NCBI GenBank assembly: GCA_963713605.1
Contig: CAVQMO010000012.1
Coordinates: 1 to 64,000 of the forward strand
From: an uncultured Nitrososphaerales archaeon
GTDB lineage: Archaea; Thermoproteota; Nitrososphaeria; Nitrososphaerales; Nitrososphaeraceae
Direction: 5' to 3'
DNA: 64,000 nucleotides
The position numbers and the translations under genes were made by a program. Positions 21,065 through 33,316 of this stretch are shown here, one piece after another (position 1 is the first letter of the stretch; the number at the start of each line of letters is the position of its first letter). The notes under the pieces were generated by a model. That model worked only from the letters and a program-made list of their open reading frames with translations, was not told where the DNA came from and made no database searches.

Positions 21065-21893
21065 TCGAATTCTGAACTAGCGGATACTTTTTTGGTAAAG
21101 GAACAGGAAAGTTATATGGGAGATATCATTGCGATGTTTGATAAACGATTATACAAAGCCTGGGATAAGCTTATTGAATCACTGAGGACAAACAAACCTA
21201 TTCCTTTAAACGAAGGAGGGAATGCAGAAAGTCTTTTTCGTATGGCTATTGCCGGGAATAACCAGCCCCCGCCCTCGGCTGAAATACAACAGATTCAAAG
21301 TTTTACGAATGCGATGTATGGGATAAGCGTAGGCCCCGCACTAGCATTGAGCAGAACTATTGATTTCTCCAAGCATAATCGCATGATGGATATAGGAGGC
21401 GGGTCAGGAGTATATGCTTATAGAGGTAGTGAAGGCACATCATAACATGTCTGCTATTGTCATAGATTTAGAGCCAGTGTGCCAGATAGCAAATCAGTAT
21501 ATCAAAAAGTTCGGTATTCATGAAAATAGAATCAAAACTAAATCATTAGATATTTTTAATCAAGATCTTCCAAATGATTGTGATGTAGCATTCCTTTCCT
21601 TTATTCTACATGACTATAACGAATTAAAAAATAGGTCACTAGTCCAAAAATATTTTTGATAGTCTCCCTGAGGAGGAATTATTATTATTAGTGAATGGTT
21701 ACTAAATGATGAAAAAATAGGGCCGATTTCATCAGCATTGATGGGTCTGAATATGATGATAGAGACTGAAGGAGGAAGAGGCTATACTTTTGTTGAGATC
21801 AATAAAATGCTGAAAGATATTGGATTCATAGACATACAGAAACATACTCTAGCAAGACCAACTTCCATCGTGGTTGGACACAGTAGTCAGTAG
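21065..21893 (+). pseudogene. SAM-dependent O-methyltransferase (methyltransferase_2 family), N-terminally truncated and frameshifted
   Basis: MMDIGGGSG, IDLEPV, DIFNQDLP..CDVAFLSFILHDY, GIIIISEWLL, MMIETEGGRGYT. The dimerisation domain is mostly missing. Confidence 0.8.
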
Positions 21894-22644
21894 TACTAGC
21901 GCAAATATTTTATCATGCAATATTTTTTACACGTAAATAGAAATATGTGCAGGATATCCTGAATAGTTCTATAGGAATGGGGCCGCATGGTCCGTGGAAG
22001 AATATACTTGAGGAACAATAGGAGGTACCAGCATAACAAATTCCACAATCGGTATTACATGCACACGGCATTGAAAGTATATATGAAGCAAAATTAGCCG
22101 CCTACCCTTCTATATGAAGGGAGATAAAAATAATGTCCACTTTCCAATCGGAGAATGTCTTAGAAGGAGACTATTGTTCTAGCAAGTGAATTGTCTCGAT
22201 ACTTCTAACGGAGTGAAAATAAATCTCGCCTGTAGGCTCTAGACGATGGCAAACTCCTCTAACGTCAATTCTATCTCCAGCGTTAAGCCTTCGAATGGCG
22301 TTTGTATACCAAGTATGATATTCTATTTCCCCGGTGGCGTCTTTAATTTTTTTCTCACTTCCCCCTCTTGGGATTCATCATGAAGCTACTAAACCCTTTA
22401 CCTATCCTATAAAATTAATAAAACGGGCATAATTTATCATGAATGTTCTTAACTGGACTACTCTCACACAAGTAGAACAACACGGCAGGTAGGTTGTTTA
22501 TGCCTGCTTGCCTTATCATTACACCTTACCAATTAATTGGTACCAGTTAATTGGGTTAAGTTCAGATCATTAGAGAGTAGCTTCGCCGAGATTGCACTAA
22601 TCTATGACCTATTCTCGTACGCCTTATCCAATAGCTACGTTCCA

Positions 22645-23139
22645 TTATACAAGCTTCGTTTTCGACATTCCTTCGAAGAATGCTTCCCCCGCTTTTCTAA
22701 GTTCATCCGACGAGAGATCCTTTTTGTGAGTTGCTATTGACCAGAAATGTCCGAATGGATCTCTCAAGTACCCAGAACGGTCTCCGTAGAATTGGTCCCT
22801 GACAGGACTTAGTACCGTGGCACCTTCAGAGACAGCCTGATTAAATACGACATCTACATCCTTAACATACAGATACATGCTAACCGGACTTCCGCCTATA
22901 GATTCAGGAGAGAGAGTTTTCATCTCAGTAGATTCTTCTGTTAGCATAAAGACGGAGTCCCCTAGTTTGAGATCTGCGTGCATAATAGTCTTACCATCGG
23001 GCCCATGCATGCGAAAACGCTCTTCAGCACCGAACGCTTTTTTGTAGAACTCTATTGCCCTAACTCCGTTTCTCACAACCAAATAAGGATTGATCGAATG
23101 ATACCCATCTGGGATTATCTTATTATCACTCTCGCTCAT
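22645..23139 (-). CDS. VOC/glyoxalase (PhnB-like) protein
   Basis: IPDGYHSINPYL...AIEFYKKAFGA...MHADLKLGDS...DQFYGDRSGYLRDPFGHFWSIATH. Confidence 0.9.
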   Translation of the reverse strand: MSESDNKIIPDGYHSINPYLVVRNGVRAIEFYKKAFGAEERFRMHGPDGKTIMHADLKLGDSVFMLTEESTEMKTLSPESIGGSPVSMYLYVKDVDVVFNQAVSEGATVLSPVRDQFYGDRSGYLRDPFGHFWSIATHKKDLSSDELRKAGEAFFEGMSKTKLV

Positions 23140-23807
23140 TATTATCTAATTATGATGATGAGTATTATAAAGTCATCTTTGGATTCCTATGCAGTAATTA
23201 ATCAATGAATAGTGATTATTACAATAAAATTTAATTGATATCGCCTCTCGTTGGCCGAAGTCATGACTGTATAAATAATGCTATCAATTAGGTGCTTCCA
23301 CTAGGAGATAATTTTAGTTGTTGACCTTTGGATGTTTTTGCGGCTATAAGTCTGTGGGCACATACAAGTCATCACTTAGAATAACTCACATAAAACTAGT
23401 TACCTCAAAACAAAACAGTTAGACTATCCATGTATTTTATGTATAGTGTGTACGCAAATTGAACTTCGCTAAATAGCATACCAACATGTTAACAGTTATG
23501 GAAGAATGCTAGATAAGTCAAGTTTAATTTGTCCGGACCCAGGATGTACAAAACCTAATTTTGCCCAAGATATCCAATACACAATAACTGCAGAATATAT
23601 TTGCGTCATTCGACCTGAAGGCATTGAGGAAGAATAAGGGAGATAGACGAGATAAATCCATAATCAGCTAAGATAATAAGTACGTTGAGAAAAGACAACA
23701 GGCAAATAACGCCTAAACGATTTTCATTCATAGTCCAGAAGATCAAATATTGTTGAGTTTTTTCACGGAAAGACCTAATAGCTAGTCTATGAATTATTCA
23801 ATAAGTA

Positions 23808-24066
23808 ATGACACCAGAAATTTATGATTGGGAAGCTACTCTGCATAAGATGGTAACATCTAAGACGGGAGATCTAGTAGGAAATGTAGACGCTGTTGAT
23901 GATACTTCGCTGCCTAGTTTCAACCGAAGGCGCACGAACACATTATAAAATTCCTAAGCACATAGTAGAGGGATATGATGGTCATTCAGTGTCACTCAAA
24001 GTCGAGAAGAGCGAATTAGAAAGGTTCAAAACGGATCGCGGAGAGGGATTTGGCGACGTAAAATAA
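23808..24066 (+). CDS. Small PRC-barrel-like protein (one frameshift)
   Basis: MTPEIYDWEATLHKMVTSKDGDLVGNVDAVDDT/VSTEGARTHYKIPKHIVEGYDGHSVSLKV; not in the ORF track. Confidence 0.55.
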
Positions 24067-24611
24067 TAGGATCTTCAGGTTGATAGATAATAAATCTCTG
24101 ATAAACCAGTTCCAGGATAGTAGTATAGAAATGGGGCATCAACTTCATCAGCGACAGCCTTTCCCAGGTTGCAACTGTCCTACGCTCAAACCTGTAAAAT
24201 AATCACTGATGAGATTGGCAAAATAATCAAATCTCCAACTGTATCTACAGAAAGTATAAATATGATTGGTAAATCCCTTGCTGCCCTTTTACGTCTTCCA
24301 CGTTCACCTAATTCTTTGTAAAAGCATTTCACCATTCTTAATTATGACATCTTCTTTCTCCTTTTCATTTGAATATTTTATGCTTTAGATGAGGCAGTCG
24401 TGGATATAAAATATCAGCCATTCATTTATTTTCATTCCACCACTCTGCTAATTTTCATACCTATAATAGTGCTATCTGATTCATTCTTTGTTAATTTCCT
24501 AGAATCAATTAATTTGCGAAAAGATCTTCGCTTATAGGTATGTATAGCCGAGGAATTCCTATCTTTTGATTTTGCGATTGCCTTCATTTATCTAATTAGC
24601 AAATAGTAAAT

Positions 24612-24824
24612 CTACTTTAATTCGTAAAATCTATTCCGGCGCCTTAATTCTCCTAATATTGCTTGTGTTTGTGTGTGGTAACGCTTGTCTAGCATTTCAT
24701 TCTTCTTCTTACATAGGATTAGATCTTCGTCGCTTAATTCTTTGACGTTTGCATCATTTATCCTATGCAGAAATTCTTTCCATACATTTAATGGTGCGTC
24801 GTCTGCTGGTACTGGTGGATTCAT
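24612..24824 (-). CDS. Small hypothetical protein
   Basis: 70 aa ORF with plausible composition. Confidence 0.45.
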   Translation of the reverse strand: MNPPVPADDAPLNVWKEFLHRINDANVKELSDEDLILCKKKNEMLDKRYHTQTQAILGELRRRNRFYELK

Positions 24825-25435
24825 TTCTTATTTCAAAGCACGTGTCCTTTCTTAAATCTTGCACTTGTAGGATTGTGTCCTTTCATTGCCCCTTAATGTT
24901 ATTACTGGCATAAGTTCATGCTTAGGGCATCCACATCTGGCAAAGAATCATAGAGGCTGTACATCTATCTGTTCATTATCTATCCGTCATTTCTCTAGTA
25001 GCCACTCCCGAGGCGGAACATTATCTGGGGCTCTTGCTGTGACTATCATTGGCTTAGGTACATTTAATTCTGTTAGGTCATGCTTTAGCGAAATTAATAT
25101 TGTTTTGCTAATCTTAAGACACACATATTCCATGAACGTTGCCCCTTGGATAGGTAAGGGCACTTGTCTTTTGGCTCGCAGCATTCGTCTCACACTTGCA
25201 AACCAAGTAATTTTGGCATATGCATAAGTAAGGCACCCCTCTGATAAGACGAACTCGTTTTGCTCTATAAGGGAGTGCGATATGGCACTAGCTCCGCCAT
25301 TCTTGACGGCCCAAGCGCGTCTTCCAGCATAATAATAATATTGAGAACGTGGAGACTTAGGACTTTATTACACTAGAACTTTATTTTCTGAGTGCTGCTT
25401 TTGCTTCCATATTATCTTTTAATTTTCAATGACCT

Positions 25436-27547
25436 CTAGTCCAGTGGCAAACTAAAACTAAATGTAGATCCTTCCCCTTTCCTATTGTTCTCAGACCAGA
25501 TTCTGCCGCTATGAGCATCTATGATATTTTTAGAGATATACAGACCTAAACCTGTGCCTCCCATTTCAGATTTTGAAGCAAACTTCGTAAATAGTCTAGG
25601 TAACATTTCTGAATCAATTCCAGCGCCAGTATCCTTCACGGAGACGACAACAATATTTTTGTCAGTATCTTTTTTTCGTTCAGCGGAAATAAGGATGCTG
25701 CCTTCTTCTTCACTGAACTTAATTGCGTTACTAAGTAGATTGGAAACGACTTGTGATATCCTCCCTTTATCCCCTGTTGTGTTAATGTCATCCTTAGAGT
25801 TAAATACTATTTTCTTGTGACTTTGTTGTCTTTCAATTAGACTCTTATGCTCCGAAACTACATTCAATATCAAATCATTTAGATTGAATTTCTGCGTCTT
25901 TAAATGAAGAGACCGGCTCTCAATTTTTGTTACATCAAGTATATCTTCGATAAGGTGATGTAACCTTTCGGCGTTTCTATTAATCACACGCAATAACTCC
26001 GAGCGTTCCCCACCTTTTTTCTCAGATAGAAGGACTTGAGACAAACCCAGTATTGGCTGCACTGGAGTTCGCAATTCGTGTGCGGCTATGTTGATAAACT
26101 CTTTTTGCATTGCGTTGTATGCTTTCAGTTGTTCATAGAGTTCTCCTTGTTTCCAAAGAGTCTCAAAAATAGATGCATAGGAAAGCGCAATAGGTCTGCT
26201 ATTAGAATAGGAGGCTAATCCTGCTGCGTCATAATAGTTCTCTTTTGCATCGTCTTTTAGTTCAATGATAATCGATTTTTTTCTATCTACTACTATTATA
26301 CCGATCTGAGTTTGTAAACTCTTATCCAATCCTCTTATCTCAAGCTTCGGCAATGCCAATTCTAGCCCATTCATTATCTCGTCTATTTGTTGTTTATCAG
26401 CAGGAACAAGTATCCTTACGCTTACACTACGTTCCAATACTTCTCTGAATAAGTGCAGCGCGCCGATTCGAATTTGGCGCTGAAATCCGTTGAAAGATGG
26501 GTATATCCTTAACACCTCATGTTTTGCTGTTTTAATCAGGTCGCGAGAAAGTTTCAGTGCTTCTTTAGGATTTCTGATAATCTCTATTTTAGCCGTTTCA
26601 ATTCCTTCTTCAATCTCTTTTATTCTTACTACCGCATCAATACCGTTTTCCCATAATTCACGGAAAACAGATGCAAAATGATTTAGGTAGTGTGGATCAT
26701 TACTTAATAGAAGACTCTGAACCAATTTATCCTCCTCCATCTTCTCTATAGTTACTGCTATTTTCTTGTCTGAAATCCCAAAACTCATTGGCGGCAGGTT
26801 CTGAACATGTCTAACTTCCATACCACAATCTAGATATTGTTTCACAAGGTTCAGATTCTGATCATCTATGTATGTGATGTACCTGATACCCTTATGTTCC
26901 CCCCTTTTTTGCTTATCTAACAACTTTTTCTTCACATTAAAGAAGTACTTATGACTATAATGCATACCACCTGAAGTCAGACAAGTAGCTAACTCCTTTG
27001 AATTAGCTGTGAGATTAGAAATCTCCCTTATGATCTCTTCTGGGTTGTCTATTACAATTGTTTCATAACGTATTACCCCTTTTTCAATCTCCCTTATTCT
27101 TTGGTCTGCTGGAAGAGTCTTGCTCCATAGAGTCTCAAAAAGATATCGACCCTGTTCAACAACCTCTCTGACGTTGCTGTATACTACATGAGAAGCTGGT
27201 TTTCCTTCTTTGTATAGAGTTGCAGGTGACACATATTCCTTTTCACTAACATAGAAGTTGCCTTTAATGCCATCGAGATGACGAAGCTCATTTACACTGG
27301 ACTTCATTAGCTCTTTGCAGTGAGTAATATTGTCATCCGTTATTTCTGTAACAAGTCTTATTTTTACCCCTCGTTCTCTTGCATCGCTAAAGGTCATCCT
27401 TAGTGTTTCAATATCATTGAGCAATAAAGGGTGGGTGTTATCAACAAACCCGTCAATTCTTTCAGTGGCATTATCTATAAATTTAATAACGGTATTCATT
27501 ACACCATAGGGACTGCGATAAACCTCTGTTTTTTCGGTGCCTCTCAT
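25436..27547 (-). CDS. Soluble sensor histidine kinase with repeated N-terminal sensor domains
   Basis: H-box FINIAAHELRTP, N-box NLLSNAIKF, G1 DTGAGI, G2 GTGLGL; no TM segments; intact 703 aa. Confidence 0.95.
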   Translation of the reverse strand: MRGTEKTEVYRSPYGVMNTVIKFIDNATERIDGFVDNTHPLLLNDIETLRMTFSDARERGVKIRLVTEITDDNITHCKELMKSSVNELRHLDGIKGNFYVSEKEYVSPATLYKEGKPASHVVYSNVREVVEQGRYLFETLWSKTLPADQRIREIEKGVIRYETIVIDNPEEIIREISNLTANSKELATCLTSGGMHYSHKYFFNVKKKLLDKQKRGEHKGIRYITYIDDQNLNLVKQYLDCGMEVRHVQNLPPMSFGISDKKIAVTIEKMEEDKLVQSLLLSNDPHYLNHFASVFRELWENGIDAVVRIKEIEEGIETAKIEIIRNPKEALKLSRDLIKTAKHEVLRIYPSFNGFQRQIRIGALHLFREVLERSVSVRILVPADKQQIDEIMNGLELALPKLEIRGLDKSLQTQIGIIVVDRKKSIIIELKDDAKENYYDAAGLASYSNSRPIALSYASIFETLWKQGELYEQLKAYNAMQKEFINIAAHELRTPVQPILGLSQVLLSEKKGGERSELLRVINRNAERLHHLIEDILDVTKIESRSLHLKTQKFNLNDLILNVVSEHKSLIERQQSHKKIVFNSKDDINTTGDKGRISQVVSNLLSNAIKFSEEEGSILISAERKKDTDKNIVVVSVKDTGAGIDSEMLPRLFTKFASKSEMGGTGLGLYISKNIIDAHSGRIWSENNRKGEGSTFSFSLPLD

Positions 27548-27727
27548 AGCAAGATGTTGGCCGTTTAGACAAGATAAGCTAAACTGGTACTTATCAATTG
27601 CTGATGAATGGTGTGATCAATATATCCACGATCAACAGCGATAGGGTCTCGTATCTAACTCGAAAAAGATACAGCAGATTGTATATTTTCAATCTTAAAT
27701 TCTAAAAGTATAAGAATATTAGAAAGT

Positions 27728-28492
27728 ATGCATCTATATGTAATCAAAATAATGAAAAATTATATTAGCGGGTTTTATTGCCGTGATGACCTTCATTTGC
27801 AAATTATGAACAAAGATAGCAATAGAAGAATTTTGGAAGCTTTGAGAGAGGCATATCCTGATGGATTAACGGTTGAAGAACTCGCAAAGAAGACAAGATT
27901 GCCTATAAAAACAATTTATGCTCAGAAAGCTGAACTTTACCGCGAATATTATATCAGTCATCTCGTAGAACAAGAAGGGGAGTATAAACACCTAAGAGGC
28001 AGACCTTCTGCTGCATCAAGGTCTAGTGAAGAAGCTCGAAGGAAACGAGTGAGAATTGTTATAGAAGATGCAAGTGGATATCATGATCCTTATGAGGGCA
28101 AAAAACCAACTCCTCTTCCACCTGGAAATGTAAAATTTTCAGATGGGTTTACTAAAGCTTGGGATAGTATAGTTGGAAATGAGCAAGAAGAGATATTATG
28201 CAACGAACTCTTACGGTTCATACAAAGAGTGTTCGATAGGCTAGATGAATTAACATCTGAAAGTAAGAATGGAAAAATAGTTAAAAATTGGATGCCAGAT
28301 AGAACGGTAGAATTACTCTGTACTCAGTGTGGATTGAATCATGAAGCAAGGGATTTTATTCGTGCTGTGTTACTTCATTTAATAGACAAACTAGAAAAAA
28401 ATGATAAATTCATTGATTATCTAAAGTACAGTCAATTGCTCACGCGGGAAGCGTATGAACAGGTTAAAACGCGGGCAAGAAACGAACAATAA
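27728..28492 (+). CDS. Winged-HTH protein (putative transcription regulator)
   Basis: RRILEALREAYPDGLTVEELAKKTRLPIKTIY; CTQC motif; likely start at 27806; divergent from the kinase. Confidence 0.7.
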   Translation: MHLYVIKIMKNYISGFYCRDDLHLQIMNKDSNRRILEALREAYPDGLTVEELAKKTRLPIKTIYAQKAELYREYYISHLVEQEGEYKHLRGRPSAASRSSEEARRKRVRIVIEDASGYHDPYEGKKPTPLPPGNVKFSDGFTKAWDSIVGNEQEEILCNELLRFIQRVFDRLDELTSESKNGKIVKNWMPDRTVELLCTQCGLNHEARDFIRAVLLHLIDKLEKNDKFIDYLKYSQLLTREAYEQVKTRARNEQ

Positions 28493-28659
28493 TTCCTTAT
28501 AAGTATTCTCTTTGAGTTCTATTCATCTGACTCTAACCCTTGATTTCTGCGTAGTTTTACTTTTCTGACGATATGTTATTTCTTACTGTAAAAAACTTAT
28601 GATAAGAATAATTTGTAACTATTGATTTTAATTCTGTAATATCATAATAATTTGTAACT

Positions 28660-30762
28660 CTAATCACTGTTACCCATATACAATAAAGGTTCTTCAATGT
28701 CATCTATATCTTCCTGAAAGTAGCCATGACCGTTTCCATTACACTTAGTAGAAGATACGGAAGCTGAAGCCATAAGTGTATCATAAACTTCAGATGGTGG
28801 TGATAATGGATGAGTGGCTTTGTATAATGCTACCGCTCCAGTAACATGTGGAGCTGCAGTACTCGTTCCTGTATATACTGCATATTCAGTTCCATTATAG
28901 GTTGAGAATATATCAACACCCGGAGCTGCTATATCAATAGCAGGACCAAAATTACTGAAATTAGCAAAGGTATCATCCTGTCCAATGAACGTAGATCGTC
29001 CTATTCCTCCACACTTCCCGTCACTATCACCGATAGCTGATACAGTAATAACAGAAGGATTGGACGCAGGAGAATACAATGAAGCATTTTTACCACTATT
29101 TCCCGCTGCAGCAACATAAGTGACCCCTCCTTCAATAATGGATTGGTTAATCGTTCTATCTAATAGAGGAGAAAGAGGATTCTCTATACTGATATTAGCT
29201 ACATCTATTTCATCTGAATGTTTTGTTACATATTCAACTCCTTTTATTTGAGCGGATACTGGACAGTTGCCTAATCTGTCACAGACTTTAACAGCCCACA
29301 ACCTAGCTCCTGGTGCAGTTCCTATCATTCCAACAGAATTTTCCTTACCTGCTGCGATTCCCGCTATATGCGAACCATGGCCTTGATCATCGTCTGCAGA
29401 TTCTGTGTCATTCACAAAACTAATGCCTTGATATACATTTAGATCTGGATGAGTAAAGCTGATCCCTGTGTCCAAAATCGCAATATCTACATCAACTTCT
29501 GATTCAAATACTTGTCGAATATTAGATCCATTTATGTAATGAGTATTATTACTTACCTCACTATCTATATTTATATTAGAAACGGTTTGATTATAATTTA
29601 ATAATGAAGAAAAAACATTATTTAAATCTGCATCAATTCTGTCAATCCCTCTTGGAATAGTTTCAAATTCGTTATTTATAGCAGATATAACATCATCATC
29701 ATTTGATGATGCTATTTGTCCCATCTTATCTTGTTCAATGAATGCCATCCTGGAGTCATTTTCTATCTCCCTAAATAATTCTTCTCTGTTATTTTTTATA
29801 TTTATCGCAAACCCTTTGAATATAGAAGAATCATCATATATATGAAGTACCCTGATCTCCTTTACCTGCAAATTCTTGAGCTATAGACTTGATATCTTGC
29901 TCTTCAATATCATCATTCAAGGCTATTATGTACTGATCAGGTATTATTCGTAACCTATCATCGTTGTTGGCTGGAGTAATGATGTTGTTGAAATGTCTTT
30001 CGACAAAGTTTATCACTGGATTAGCAAAGTTTTTATGAATATATAGATCTGTTTCATGTAATACAATAAGGTCGTCATCTGAGGGAGTTGGTCGTATTTC
30101 TTGTATATTATACGCGGAGAATGGAATGTCTTCTAAATGTATAACACCTTTTCTAGGACTACAATCTAGGTTGGTTATGTCTTCATTCTCATTCAGTATG
30201 AGGGAACCGTCCAAAGTATAAGGGTTAGGAGTTATTCTGAATAGTGTTCCAGGATTTAGCTCTACTGTGTTCGCAAATATCTTGTTTATCGTTAACGATC
30301 CATTGTTATCCTCATTATCTTCATCTTTCTCATTCTGATGGGGAAGCTCTATGCATGTTATTTTCCTCTCCTGTTCCTTAACGCTCCTTTGATCTGTTTC
30401 TTTCTCATCGTCTTCTGAAAAATCTTCTCTCTCACCTTGTAGAGTACCATCTGGCGCCTGCCTATCTTCTCTACCATTTACGTCAGATGGATTCTCATCT
30501 TCTCCTCTTCCTTCTCTTGACACAAGAGTGTCAGCGGGATCATCATTTTCATTTCGATCACCTCTATCTGGAGGTGGAGAAGAATCATTATTATCGTCTT
30601 CAGAAGGATCATCATCTCCTGTCACTAAATCTGAGGCCGCCGCTGAAAATGTATTGATGGGAGAATTAGAATTAAATAATATTAAGAGTAGTGTACCACT
30701 TAATACCGAAATTGTTAGTATAGAATGACTGTTATTAGGCGTGTTTCAACAGCTCCGTCCAT
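28660..30762 (-). CDS. Exported S8 subtilisin-like serine protease with acidic N-terminal extension and I9-type prodomain (frameshifts ~29860, ~30720)
   Basis: Catalytic motifs AILDTG, GHGSHIAG, AAAGNSG, GTSTAAPHV; prodomain IPDQYIIAL...FKGFAI. Confidence 0.9.
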
Positions 30763-30816
30763 ATTGCTGCTAATCTTAGAATCTGAAGAGCATCAACTAT
30801 AATCATTTAATGTTAC

Positions 30817-31096
30817 TCAAGAAGGCGCATGTCGTCTATCTTTGATTTCTTGAGGAGTGATTATTGAAATACTGCCATTAGCGGCAGTTGTATCGGTTGA
30901 ATTTGTTGTTGGAGCAGAAATATTGGAGCTCAAGATTGAGTTACTACCTTCACTACTTATGGTACTGTTTGGAGTTGAAAACAGCTAATGCAGTATTTAA
31001 GTCAAGTAATGGATCATTTGTTTCTAATTGTAAAAATTCTCCTGCAGAAAATAAAAGTGATACGAGAGAAATTCCTGTAATCAAGATGAACACCAT
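30817..31096 (-). CDS. Small Ser/Thr-rich exported protein (frameshifted)
   Basis: MVFILITGISLVSLLFSAG... then SSNISAPTTNSTDTTAANG. Confidence 0.35.
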
Positions 31097-31461
31097 ATTG
31101 CACGTCATCTACTTATTGGATAACACCGTATCGTATATCATGAGGGAAAAATATTTATACTTTTATGAATAATCGCTATAGTCTTATATTCTAATATTCT
31201 TCGACTATATGAATATGACACACCGTATTGTTGATGGAGGTCATTATTTGTACCTCTGTGATAATAACATTGACTGAGATACATACACATTTCATGCAGC
31301 CATAGATGTAGGAAGATGCATTATGAAATGAGTTATAGTCTACTACAATAGAAAGACTTGATGATTTCTTAAATATCATGAATACATTCTAAATCCCTTA
31401 GAATATGAGAGTTTAATATATTGTTAGATAACTATATCAATTTTATATTGGATGGTCTTGT

Positions 31462-31764
31462 ATGACAAAAGTCATACAAAAAATTGTGAAGACGCCAATG
31501 GTGATGATGGTGGTCTTAATGGCAACAGCGGCAGTAGTTACAGCATCGATTCCATATACTACAACAGAAAATACGTATGCAAAAAGTCCAGCTGCAAATA
31601 CCGACAACGTGAAAGTTAAGCAATGCGTACAAGAAGAGATAGACGGATCTCCCCCAGGAAGCCTTTGCGGTCCGAGTGAACGGAGTATTGACGAAGATGA
31701 TGTAGATGAGATCTTTGATGATAGATTAGATGGAATATCAGTACCCTTACCACCGCCATCGTAA
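31462..31764 (+). CDS. Small exported protein
   Basis: Signal peptide and two Cys; followed by a T-rich run. Confidence 0.65.
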   Translation: MTKVIQKIVKTPMVMMVVLMATAAVVTASIPYTTTENTYAKSPAANTDNVKVKQCVQEEIDGSPPGSLCGPSERSIDEDDVDEIFDDRLDGISVPLPPPS

Positions 31765-31773
31765 CCATCCAAT

Positions 31774-31795
31774 ATTTTTTTGTTATTTTTGTTTC
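31774..31795 (+). terminator. Oligo-T archaeal-type terminator candidate
   Basis: TTTTTTTTGTTATTTTTGTTT about 10 bp after the stop at 31764. Confidence 0.4.
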
Positions 31796-32256
31796 TCATT
31801 CATATCATCATTTGTCTGGTATTTGTTAGGGGTACTTAAACAATACATCCTCTTAAACATAAGAAACCAAAGGGGATTAAAAACCAGAAGAAAAGAAAAA
31901 AGGTTAGCCTTTGAAATATAATATTTGATTATTCAACGTTAGCATCAATTAGGAATTAGAAGATGATTGAAGACCAGCACAAATAGTATCAATGACCAGC
32001 TCTGCCCAGGATAATCGTTGAATATTTAAGCTTAGGATAATAATCATACACTCAGACTAGAAATCAGATTTATCTTCATATTACGAATGCACTAAGAAGG
32101 GGCGTCAGTGTGTAAAGTTATTCGCTAAATGAAAGCCTTTGGTAGACGTTGAAAGTATTACAAACAGGATAACATGATTACAAATGGAATTATCAACTAC
32201 ATAGCCTAGAGTTAACTAGAACATGTCCGTTCTCGAATGTTGCAAGCAATTTCGAA

Positions 32257-32511
32257 TCACTCTTTTAGCTTCAAAAGTCTTACATACTCTCTTAATGCAC
32301 TAGCTTCCTCTCTATATGCCCTAATAGTATTGGTTTCCCCCTGTGGACAAATAACGGTGACAGTTACCATGTTCACCTCTGCATCAGAAGCAAGGACCGT
32401 GGGATGAAGGCTTTTTATTTTGCAATTCATCGAAAGCAATTTTTGAAGTTCCATGATAGGTTGAATAGTGCTATTCAAGACTAGAATTACTACAATATGT
32501 GATAACCACAT
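32257..32511 (-). CDS. Small hypothetical protein
   Basis: ORF; likely start MELQKLLSMNC. Confidence 0.4.
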   Translation of the reverse strand: MWLSHIVVILVLNSTIQPIMELQKLLSMNCKIKSLHPTVLASDAEVNMVTVTVICPQGETNTIRAYREEASALREYVRLLKLKE

Positions 32512-32701
32512 ATAAAAATGTCACAATACTCGAATATTGATGCTTTCCTTACTAAACCAAACTGCTATTGGAATGCTAGCCCAATAATTTCTTGCAACAT
32601 GAGTGTGTCTTGTCTTTCCAAAGGCATTTTCTAGTAGTTGAATAATTTCTCCGATTTTTATTGTATGATAATTATTATATCCTAGTTCTTACATTTACTA
32701 G

Positions 32702-33250
32702 ATGTTGGCGCAGAGGCTACAGACACTTGAAGTAGGAAACCATGTAATTGCAGTATACTCCACTAAAGAAGAAAAATATAATGAAGCCTTTGCCTTTCTG
32801 AAAGAGGGTCTGAAACGAAATGAAGTGATTGTTTTCACGACTACCGATCTAACAAAAGATGAAATTCGGGCCAGGATGAGAAATGAATGGAAAGTCGAAG
32901 TTTCAGAACTTGAATCAAATGGTGAAATCATCATAAGAACCACTGAAGAACTATACTTTCCCGATGGTGTACCAAATATTCCACGAACAATCGCATTATG
33001 GTCTACTTTAGTAGAAAACTCACTTCACAAAGGCAAAAGGGGCTTACGAGTAGTTGGGGATATGGCCGCATTTTTTAGGAATGGATTTACCAAAGAATTG
33101 CTCGAATATGAAACATGCTTGGAACAAAAATTTGACTTTCCTGTTATTGGTATATGCGCGTACGATTCTATAGATATCGAGAATATGACGACAGGGCAAT
33201 TAAAGCAGCTTCGGGAGCGTCATAACCCAGTTTGGATGGACGACCAATAG
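32702..33250 (+). CDS. MEDS-domain sensory protein
   Basis: GNHVIAVY...AFAFLKEGLKRNE...GLRVVGDM...LLEYE...ICAYD. Confidence 0.9.
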   Translation: MLAQRLQTLEVGNHVIAVYSTKEEKYNEAFAFLKEGLKRNEVIVFTTTDLTKDEIRARMRNEWKVEVSELESNGEIIIRTTEELYFPDGVPNIPRTIALWSTLVENSLHKGKRGLRVVGDMAAFFRNGFTKELLEYETCLEQKFDFPVIGICAYDSIDIENMTTGQLKQLRERHNPVWMDDQ

Positions 33251-33316
33251 CATCAATAATATAGTTACTATCCCTGAAAGAAAAAGCCCCGTTTATTATA
33301 ACCCTTGATTTTATTA

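Noticed and set aside
22150..22400. Possible OB-fold gene fragment on the minus strand (DATGEIEYHTWY...GDRIDVRG)
   Set aside because: Short, no clear start, and similarity too weak to assert without a profile search.
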